Shown here: positions 37,527 through 45,147 of the stretch, piece by piece
How the letters are laid out: each line of letters opens with the position of its first letter
Position numbering within the stretch: the stretch's first letter is position 1
Origin: an uncultured delta proteobacterium
GTDB taxonomy: Bacteria; Desulfobacterota; RBG-13-43-22
DNA: 64,000 nt
Direction of reading: 5' to 3'
NCBI GenBank assembly: GCA_963790475.1
Contig: CAWBOS010000006.1
Coordinates: 160,001 to 224,000 of the forward strand
The notes under the pieces: model-generated
Told to the model about the DNA's origin: nothing
The model's input: the letters and a program-made list of their open reading frames with translations, nothing else
The model's database searches: none
Made by a program: the position numbers and the translations under genes

Positions 37527-38837
37527 ATGAACTCAATAATTTCTCTCAAGACCGGGGTCTGGTACGGCGATAGGCAAATTAATTTGCCCATCCCCTCGAG
37601 TTGGGATGTAAAGGTCCTTTGGCCGGCCACCCCCCCCCCTCTGACGGCGGAAGAGTTATTGAGCACCCTGGAACATCCAATAGGCAAAGCGAGGCTGACT
37701 GAAGTCTGCCGGAAGAAATCCCGACCCTTGATTCTCGTTGATGACCTGAACCGCCCTACCCCCACAGCCGAAATCATGCCGCATTTGCTAAAAATGATGA
37801 GCACGGTCGGCATCCCCTCCGAAGCGATCAAAATCCTCATGGCTACCGGTACGCATGGCCAACCGGAACCAGACGCTGTTCTCAAAAAGGTAGACGCAGC
37901 ATTCGCTAACGATCAACTACAGGTACACAACTGCTTTGCGGACACTATAAAAATTGGGGTTACCTCCTCCGGTATACCTGTATTTGTGAACAAAATCGTC
38001 ATGGAAAGCGATGTGGTCATTGGCATCAGCGGAATTTACCCCAACCACACCGCCGGTTTTGGCGGCGGGTCCAAGCTTGCTCTAGGCGTGTTGGGGATTC
38101 AAACCATCTACCATTTGCACTTTCGTCACAAGTCGGCCGGCTGGGGGAATTTCTTTCCGGAGATGGGTTTCCGACGGGATCTGGATGAAATCGCCAGAAT
38201 GATTGGTATGGAATTTAATATCTCCCTGATTATTGACGCTAACCGGCAGATCGTTCGGATGTATTGTGGCGACCCAATCGCCTACTTCCCTCGAGCAGTT
38301 TTATATTACCAGCAGGTGTTCCGTACCCAGCTCCCCGGCGATGCAGATGTCGTCATCTCAAATGCCTACCCCAACGATTGTTCACTCACATTTACGCGGA
38401 TGAAGGGATTTGTTCCGCTTGCTCTGTGCACCCCAGCAGCGACTAGAATTGCTATTTCTGCATGTCCTGAGGGGCTAGGGCTTCATAATATCTGGCCGTT
38501 TGTAAACGTGCCGCCGCGTCACCGGTTGAAACATATCCTGCGGGTTTTATCCGTCCTGACTTTAAAAGAAATCCTGGTGAGGGGGTTTCGCACCGCAATC
38601 TCCCCACTCACGAAAAGGCTTACCAACCGGCAGAAGTCAGGGAACCTAAAGGCGCTCCAATCCGTATGGCTGTACCAGACGTGCGGCTCAGAAATTAATC
38701 TACCAGCAAATGTGCCCGGAATCCATATCACATCGGATTGGCAAAAAATCCTTGAGGCTGTTCTTCGAGAACAGTCGAATCGAAATCAGCTCAAGGTTTT
38801 GGTTTATCCGTGCGCTTTTCTTCAACTGTTCGAATAA
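37527..38837 (+). CDS. LarA-family (nickel-pincer) hydroxyacid racemase/epimerase
   Basis: DDLNRPTP, ATGTH, AGFGGGSK, MKG motifs. Confidence 0.8.
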   Translation: MNSIISLKTGVWYGDRQINLPIPSSWDVKVLWPATPPPLTAEELLSTLEHPIGKARLTEVCRKKSRPLILVDDLNRPTPTAEIMPHLLKMMSTVGIPSEAIKILMATGTHGQPEPDAVLKKVDAAFANDQLQVHNCFADTIKIGVTSSGIPVFVNKIVMESDVVIGISGIYPNHTAGFGGGSKLALGVLGIQTIYHLHFRHKSAGWGNFFPEMGFRRDLDEIARMIGMEFNISLIIDANRQIVRMYCGDPIAYFPRAVLYYQQVFRTQLPGDADVVISNAYPNDCSLTFTRMKGFVPLALCTPAATRIAISACPEGLGLHNIWPFVNVPPRHRLKHILRVLSVLTLKEILVRGFRTAISPLTKRLTNRQKSGNLKALQSVWLYQTCGSEINLPANVPGIHITSDWQKILEAVLREQSNRNQLKVLVYPCAFLQLFE

Positions 38838-38856
38838 TAATTTCTCCCGGAGGATT

Positions 38857-41001
38857 ATGACTATGAGAGTTTGTATGATTGCATATACCTTCTATGAAAA
38901 CGACAATCGAGTAAGACGATATGCCGATGCCTTGGTAAAAAGAGGGGATCATGTAGATGTGGTAGCGTTGCGAAATCCCGAGTTCGCAGAGCAGGAGAAC
39001 TTTCATGGAGTTAACATATACCACATTCAAGCAAGAATCCAAAATGAGAAGCATAAGCTGTTGTATTTGGCAAAGCTACTACTTTTTCTGGTTAACTCCG
39101 GAATATTTGTCACAAAGCAACACTTGAAAAATCCATATGATGTGCTTCATATCCATAATGTCCCGGACTTCTTGGTATTTTCCGGTTTGATACCAAAGCT
39201 AAAGGGTGCAAAAGTCATTCTCGATATTCATGACATAGTCCCTGAGTTTTACGCCTCCAAATTCAAAGTCTCCAAGGATTCTCTGGTTTGTAAAGTGTTG
39301 ATGCAGATCGAGAAACTGTCGATAGCTTTTTCGGACCACGTAATTATCTCCAATCATATTTGGGAGCAAAGACTCCTCTCACGATCTATCTCGAAAGAGA
39401 AGTGTTCCGTTTTTCTCAATTACCCGGACCCCGTACTATTCTATCCGCGGAAAGTGGAGAGAGAGGCGAATAAACTAATTTTCTTATACCCCGGAACCTT
39501 GGCGTGGCACCAGGGTTTGGACGTTGCTATCAAGGCATTTGCTCTGGTAAGAGACGAGCTTGAATCTGCTGAAATGCATGTCTATGGTGGTGGCCCTGAA
39601 AGGAGAAGACTCGAGCTACTCGCTACTGAACTTGGGATAAGTCGACAAGTTGTTTTCAAGGGATCATTTCCTATAGATGAGATTGTCGATGTTATGGCGA
39701 GGTCGAACATTGGGGTGGTCCCTAAAAGAAATGATTCGTTTGGAGGGGAGGCTTTTAGCACAAAGATATTTGAGTTCATGTCTCTCGGGGTTCCCGTGAT
39801 TGCTTCGAGGACTAGGATCGACTCTTACTATTTCGATAAGTCTGTCATCCAGTTCTTCGAGCCGGGAGACGAGAATGATTTGGCGAGATGTATGATTCTG
39901 CTCGGAAAAAACAAGGGGCTACGAGATGGCATCGCAGACCGGGCCCTGGAATTTATCAAGCAATACTCGTGGGATAAAAAGAAACAAGCCTATTTTGAGT
40001 TGGTGGATGGGTTGGTCCGGAAGAATGGCGTTGTGAAAACCTCTGGGGGACAGGCAACTAGTAAGCTGCTGGGGGTTTATTATTTGATGAAACCATTCAT
40101 ACCGAGGCGCCTGCAGATCCAGATACGGAGAAGGGTTGCGTCACGAAAGAGTATCTCCAATCGACATATTTGGCCCATTAACGAGCAAACGTCAAAAAAA
40201 CCTGAAGCATGGCGCGGGTGGCCCGATGACAAACGTTTTGCCCTGGTCCTTACCCACGACGTGGAAGGAGCCAAGGGTGTCCCGAATTGTCTCAGGTTGG
40301 CCGATCTCGAGCAAGATCTTGGCTACCGGTCTTCTTTTAACTTCGTGGCCCTGGACTACGAGATTTCGAAGGAATTGATGGATAGTTTACGGGCTCGGGG
40401 GTTCGAGATTGGCCTGCACGGTCTCTATCATCATGGAAATTTGTTCAAATCCAGAAGGGCTTTTCAAAAGCAAGTTCCTCGGATTAATGAATTTTTGAAG
40501 AAATGGAATGCGGCGGGCTTCAGATCCCCCAGTATGTATCATAATTTGGAATGGATCTGTGATTTGGATATTGAGTATGATGCCTCCACATTCGATACGG
40601 ACCCATTCGAACCTCAACCGGACAGCGCGGGTACGATTTATCCGTTTATCATATCAAGGAACGGATCGAAAAGCGGATTCGTGGAGCTGCCCTATACACT
40701 TCCGCAAGACCATCTGTTGTATGTGGTGATGAGAGAAAGAACTCCCTCAATCTGGAAGCAAAAACTGGATTGGATTGCCGAGAAAGGCGGTCTGGCCTTA
40801 ATAATTACTCATCCTGATTACATAGACTTCGCTGATAAGAGAAAGCCTGTGGATGCCTATCCGGCCAATTATTATGTTGAATTTCTCCAATATATCAAAG
40901 ACCGGTACGATGGGCAGTACTGGCATGCGCTTCCGAAAGATGTCGCCCGGTTCATACGGGAATCAGAAACAGCAGCTCAGTCGTCTATAAATGGAAAATA
41001 A
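38857..41001 (+). CDS. GT4 glycosyltransferase fused to a NodB-type deacetylase-like domain
   Basis: DNRVRR, HNVPD, LDIHD, STKIFEFM; C-terminal LTHDVE, EIGLHG, GFRSP, ITHPDY. Confidence 0.85.
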   Translation: MTMRVCMIAYTFYENDNRVRRYADALVKRGDHVDVVALRNPEFAEQENFHGVNIYHIQARIQNEKHKLLYLAKLLLFLVNSGIFVTKQHLKNPYDVLHIHNVPDFLVFSGLIPKLKGAKVILDIHDIVPEFYASKFKVSKDSLVCKVLMQIEKLSIAFSDHVIISNHIWEQRLLSRSISKEKCSVFLNYPDPVLFYPRKVEREANKLIFLYPGTLAWHQGLDVAIKAFALVRDELESAEMHVYGGGPERRRLELLATELGISRQVVFKGSFPIDEIVDVMARSNIGVVPKRNDSFGGEAFSTKIFEFMSLGVPVIASRTRIDSYYFDKSVIQFFEPGDENDLARCMILLGKNKGLRDGIADRALEFIKQYSWDKKKQAYFELVDGLVRKNGVVKTSGGQATSKLLGVYYLMKPFIPRRLQIQIRRRVASRKSISNRHIWPINEQTSKKPEAWRGWPDDKRFALVLTHDVEGAKGVPNCLRLADLEQDLGYRSSFNFVALDYEISKELMDSLRARGFEIGLHGLYHHGNLFKSRRAFQKQVPRINEFLKKWNAAGFRSPSMYHNLEWICDLDIEYDASTFDTDPFEPQPDSAGTIYPFIISRNGSKSGFVELPYTLPQDHLLYVVMRERTPSIWKQKLDWIAEKGGLALIITHPDYIDFADKRKPVDAYPANYYVEFLQYIKDRYDGQYWHALPKDVARFIRESETAAQSSINGK

Positions 41002-41066
41002 CAAGCACCTCTATCTTGGTCTGATTGACCAATTGGTCAAGTAAATCCAAAAATATGGTATAAAAA

Positions 41067-41432
41067 ATGAAGGAAACCGAGGGGAAGAACAAGAAGTACG
41101 ATTTAGAGGACCGGACTTTTGAATTTGCACGAGAGGTTATTGCTTTTGTCAATAAACTGAAAAAAACGTTGGCGAATATTGAAATTGGAAAACAACTGAT
41201 CCGGGCCGCCGGTTCAGTTGGAGCAAATTATATCGAGGCAAATGAAGGGCTGAGCAGGAAGGATTTCATTATGAGAATAAAGATCTGCCGAAAGGAAGCC
41301 AAGGAAGCCGGATACTGGATTCGTCTGATCGATTGCGAAGAAGGTCTGGAAAGTTCTAGAGAAAAGTTGGTGAGCGAAAGCAAAGAGTTAACTAAAATAT
41401 TTGGAGCAATAATTATTAGATGCAAATCCTAA
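41067..41432 (+). CDS. Four-helix-bundle protein (23S rRNA IVP/Avd-like family)
   Basis: YDLEDRTFEFA..QLIRAAGSVGANYIEANE..ICRKEAKEAGYW. Confidence 0.92.
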   Translation: MKETEGKNKKYDLEDRTFEFAREVIAFVNKLKKTLANIEIGKQLIRAAGSVGANYIEANEGLSRKDFIMRIKICRKEAKEAGYWIRLIDCEEGLESSREKLVSESKELTKIFGAIIIRCKS

Positions 41433-41466
41433 ATCGCGAATTCTAAACTCAAAATAAGGATTTCTT

Positions 41467-41706
41467 ATGATTAGAAATTATACCGCTAAATATATAAAAA
41501 TTAGCAAAGGGTATATGGGACAGTTAATTGAGTGGCCGGAGGTCATCACTGAAGGCCGGGATATTGAAGAATGCCGTCGAATGCTGCGGGATGCCCTAAA
41601 ACAAATGGTTTTAGCCTATAAGCAGATACATAAAGAAATTCCCATTGGCGACGGTTTGATCGAACAGCTCCCCGTGGATATCCAAGATGTCTATCAAACG
41701 GCGTGA
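41467..41706 (+). CDS. hicB: HicB-family antitoxin (short)
   Basis: YMGQLIEWPEVITEGRDIEECRRMLRDAL. Confidence 0.85.
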   Translation: MIRNYTAKYIKISKGYMGQLIEWPEVITEGRDIEECRRMLRDALKQMVLAYKQIHKEIPIGDGLIEQLPVDIQDVYQTA

Positions 41707-41875
41707 CCTAATCAAATATCTTGAAGAAAATGGATTTCGTTTTATAAGAGAAGGTGGGAGTCATTCTATCTATTCGAATGAGAACAAAACCATCCCGGTT
41801 AAAAGGCATCGTTCTTTAGATAGAATAACCGCCAATGAACTTTGCAAGCAAGCCGGAATAATCCCAAAATTTTGA
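41687..41875 (+). CDS. hicA: HicA-family toxin
   Basis: KRRDLIKYLEENGF..REGGSHSIY..PVKRH..CKQAGI. Confidence 0.88.
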   Translation: MSIKRRDLIKYLEENGFRFIREGGSHSIYSNENKTIPVKRHRSLDRITANELCKQAGIIPKF

Positions 41876-41961
41876 TGTCAGATTTTTGGATTGGGGTATT
41901 TGAATATTAGTATGGTCTATTATTTTCGGATTTCGAATTTGGGATTTAGAGTTTGACCAGA

Positions 41962-43263
41962 ATGCGTCTCGATCGTCTATTAACCCTATATCTATTTGGT
42001 CCTCTGGCTCGCCTCCGCAAACCCAGGGGTCTGCGAATCCCCATCCTCATGTATCACAGTATTTCCGATGACCCGGAAACCGGCCATCCGTACTATTGGA
42101 TCAACACATCCCCGGCATGCTTCGCCGAACACATGAAATTTCTTTATGATAATGGATATCAGGTAATTCCCCTCTCAACCGCGGTCGAAATGATCCGGAT
42201 GGAAAAAACTAATTCTAAAATTCTAAATTTTAACCTCGAACCTCGAACCTCGAACCTCGAACCTGGATCGAACCTCGAACCTCGAACCTCGAACCCCGAA
42301 AAGGGATTAACCAACAAACCAAACAAACTTAACGAACTCAATAACCCAATAGACCCAATCAACCAGCCAACCAATCAATCCGATCAATTAAATGGACTGG
42401 ATAGACCAAACCAACAAAATAGACCCAATGAACTCAAGGAACCCGAAGAACCCAATGAACTCAACCAACCCAATAGACTCAAAGAACCAGAGAAACCCCG
42501 CTACGTGGTCTTAACCTTTGACGATGGCTATCTCGACTTCTACACCGAAGCCTTTCCCATCCTCCAGCAATACGGTTTCCACGCAACCGTGTTTCTTCCG
42601 ACGATCTTCATCGATGGGAAAAGACCAGGCCTTCGGGGTAAGGAGCACCTCAACTGGGATCAGGTTCGCGAACTTCGTACCGTCGGCATTACTATCGGCT
42701 CTCACACCTGCAGCCACCCACAGCTTTACGATTTGCCGTTAGATAAAATTGAGCAGGAACTCCACCGGTCAAAAGAATCAATCGAATTTCATCTGAATCA
42801 AACAACCAACAAAGAAGTTAAGCAATCAGCCCAGTCAACCAATAAGCCCAATAAACTAAATGAATCCTATGAGCTATCAGCTATGAGCTATAAGCCATTT
42901 CCACCCGATCACCCGATCACCCTGTCTTCCGTGGATTCTTTTTGTTATCCTTATAAATTTCCCGGGCAAAACAAAGCTTTTCGAACTTTGCTATCCGATT
43001 CCTTGAAGAAAACAGGCTATAACAACTGCGTTACGACGAGGATAGGATCATACAATACCGCGGAGGATATTTTGTGTATGAAACGGTTGCCTATGAATAG
43101 GGCCGACGACCATTGGCTTTTTCGTGCGAAGCTTCAGGGAGGCTATGATTGGCTTGCGTGTCTTCAATCCCTGACTAAAAAAACCAACAGGGGGAGCAGA
43201 GTTGGCCGTCCGGTAGGTCAAATGATCGAGAAAGTCCAAACAAAGGCAGGGGTAAGAGCATGA
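41962..43263 (+). CDS. Polysaccharide deacetylase (NodB/IcaB-like) with two long repeat-derived in-frame insertions
   Basis: PILMYHSI, LTFDDGY, IGSHTCSH, FCYPY; low-complexity inserts between conserved blocks. Confidence 0.88.
   Translation: MRLDRLLTLYLFGPLARLRKPRGLRIPILMYHSISDDPETGHPYYWINTSPACFAEHMKFLYDNGYQVIPLSTAVEMIRMEKTNSKILNFNLEPRTSNLEPGSNLEPRTSNPEKGLTNKPNKLNELNNPIDPINQPTNQSDQLNGLDRPNQQNRPNELKEPEEPNELNQPNRLKEPEKPRYVVLTFDDGYLDFYTEAFPILQQYGFHATVFLPTIFIDGKRPGLRGKEHLNWDQVRELRTVGITIGSHTCSHPQLYDLPLDKIEQELHRSKESIEFHLNQTTNKEVKQSAQSTNKPNKLNESYELSAMSYKPFPPDHPITLSSVDSFCYPYKFPGQNKAFRTLLSDSLKKTGYNNCVTTRIGSYNTAEDILCMKRLPMNRADDHWLFRAKLQGGYDWLACLQSLTKKTNRGSRVGRPVGQMIEKVQTKAGVRA
42208..42495 (+). repeat. 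In-frame stacked repeats: AATTCTA-type, AACCTCG x9 (7 perfect), then 9-mer array
   Basis: Directly visible; encodes NLEPRTS.. and NKPNKLNELN.. Confidence 0.92.
42795..42925 (+). repeat. Second in-frame stacked repeat insert (AATCAACC-like, AGCTATG, CACCCGAT units)
   Basis: tatgagc tatcagc tatgagc tataagc; cacccgat cacccgat caccctgt. Confidence 0.85.
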
Positions 43264-44126
43264 CTCCCGGATATGTCGTCATCACTCCCATCAGGGATGA
43301 GGAAGCCTACATAGAAAAGACCATCGACTCTATGGTTTCTCAAACAATTGCCCCAATGCAATGGATTATCGTTGACGATGGATCTACGGACGGTACCGGT
43401 GGGCTTATAGATAATGCGGCGAACCTTTACCCTTGGATTCTGTCAATCCATCGAGAGGATAGAGGATTTCGCAAGGCGGGTGGTGGGGTTATTGAGGCCT
43501 TTTACGCTGGTTATGCCGCACTCTCGTGTGAAGATTGGGATTTTGTCGTAAAACTGGACGGGGACCTGTCCTTCGAACCGGACTATTTTGAGAAGTGTTT
43601 TGCTATTTTCAGAACAGATCCCAAACTCGGGGTCGGTGGAGGCCATATCTATAACCTGATCGAAGGCAGATTGGAGCTGGAAAAACAACCACGCTTCCAT
43701 GTGCGAGGAGCTACGAAAATTTACAGGAGAACCTGTTGGGATGCAATAGGCAGTCTGCTTGCCGCACCCGGGTGGGACACCCTCGATGAGGTAAAGGCAA
43801 ATATGCTCGGCTGGACCAGCTACAGCTTCCCGGAGTTGAAGCTGACTCATCATCGGTACACAGGCGGTGCCGATGGCACCTGGCGAGACGCGGTTAAGAA
43901 CGGCCTTTCGGACTACATTTGTGGATACCACCCCTTATTTATGGCAATCAAATGCCTCAAGCGGCTCGGGGGAAAACCCTATCTGTTGGGATCATTGGGC
44001 CACGCCTACGGCTTTGGGAAGGGCTACCTTAAGGGGGTATCTCAAATCAATGACCCAGCGCTCATCAAATACCTGAGGGCGCAGCAGTTGAAGAGGCTTT
44101 GCCTGAAATCCAGTATCTGGACTTAG
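43260..44126 (+). CDS. Glycosyltransferase family 2
   Basis: VITPIRDE, VDDGSTD, KLDGD, GWDTLDE. Confidence 0.9.
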   Translation: MTPGYVVITPIRDEEAYIEKTIDSMVSQTIAPMQWIIVDDGSTDGTGGLIDNAANLYPWILSIHREDRGFRKAGGGVIEAFYAGYAALSCEDWDFVVKLDGDLSFEPDYFEKCFAIFRTDPKLGVGGGHIYNLIEGRLELEKQPRFHVRGATKIYRRTCWDAIGSLLAAPGWDTLDEVKANMLGWTSYSFPELKLTHHRYTGGADGTWRDAVKNGLSDYICGYHPLFMAIKCLKRLGGKPYLLGSLGHAYGFGKGYLKGVSQINDPALIKYLRAQQLKRLCLKSSIWT

Positions 44127-44163
44127 GAAGTCAGTTCCCTATTCCGGAGGCAGTCGGCAAAAA

Positions 44164-45138
44164 ATGGATTTATCAATAATCATCGTCAACTGGAATTCCG
44201 CGAACTACCTCCGGAAATGCCTTGAGACTGTATTCGCGAACATCCATGGCCTTGATTTCGAAGTTATTGTAGTCGATAATGCATCCTACGACGGATGCGG
44301 CGAAATACTCGAAACTTACTTCCCGACTGTCAAGTTTGTACAAAGTGCCAAGAATCTCGGGTTTGCAGGCGCCAATAATCTTGGCTTCAACCATTCGTCC
44401 GGAGAAAATCTCCTCTTCCTGAATCCGGATACTGAAGTTCTCGGCTCGGCAATCCAGGACATGCTTCATGTCCTCCGAACGATTCCCGACGCCGGAGCAG
44501 TGGGATGCAGGCTGCTGAATACGGATGGGTCTTTACAGACTACCTGCATCCAGCCGTTCCCAACCCTCCTAAACCAGATGCTGGACACAGATTTTCTGAT
44601 ACTTCGTTTCCCCAGTTGGAAAATTTGGGGCGTAAGGCCCCTTTTCTTCGGTTCGGACCATGCTGAAACTGTTGAGGTGGTGACCGGAGCCTGTTTGCTG
44701 GTAAGGCGAAGTGATTTTGAAAAAGCAGGGATATTCAGTTCCGATTATTTTATGTATGGGGAAGATATAGATCTATGTTTTAAACTGGTCAGGTCCGGTC
44801 AAAGGAATTATTACCAGGGAGGCGCATCGATTGTCCACCATGGGGGGAAGAGTGCGGATCAGGCGAGCTTCAGCCATTTCAATGCGGTCCATAAACGGGA
44901 TTCCGTTCGTATATTTTTCTGCAAATTCAGGGGCCCTTTCCAGGCCCACCTTTACACCTTCACCACCGGGTTATCTGCGGTCGCCCGGTTGATTGTGATC
45001 CTTTTGTCCAGTCCCGGGGCCTTCCTGACTCGGCGCAGGAAGCGCCTGGGGGTGACATTCAAAAAATGGATGACCGTCTTAAAGTGGTCCTTAAGGGGCT
45101 CCCGGCGGACCAACGAAATTTCTTTAAAAGGCGTTTAG
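44164..45138 (+). CDS. Glycosyltransferase family 2
   Basis: IIIVNWN, VDNASYD, FLNPD, FMYGEDIDLC. Confidence 0.9.
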   Translation: MDLSIIIVNWNSANYLRKCLETVFANIHGLDFEVIVVDNASYDGCGEILETYFPTVKFVQSAKNLGFAGANNLGFNHSSGENLLFLNPDTEVLGSAIQDMLHVLRTIPDAGAVGCRLLNTDGSLQTTCIQPFPTLLNQMLDTDFLILRFPSWKIWGVRPLFFGSDHAETVEVVTGACLLVRRSDFEKAGIFSSDYFMYGEDIDLCFKLVRSGQRNYYQGGASIVHHGGKSADQASFSHFNAVHKRDSVRIFFCKFRGPFQAHLYTFTTGLSAVARLIVILLSSPGAFLTRRRKRLGVTFKKWMTVLKWSLRGSRRTNEISLKGV

Positions 45139-45147
45139 ACAATTTCC

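Larger units (their letters stand above)
41424..41954. repeat. 7-mer inverted arms (AAATCCT/AATTCTA ... GGATTTC/GAATTTG) enclosing hicBA
   Basis: aaatcctaaatcgcgaattctaaactc (41424-41450) complementary to tcggatttcgaatttgggatttagagttt (41926-41954). Confidence 0.75.

Noticed and set aside
21067-41432. 23S rRNA intervening sequence or DGR
   Set aside because: No rRNA sequence, reverse transcriptase or TR/VR pair is visible in the window
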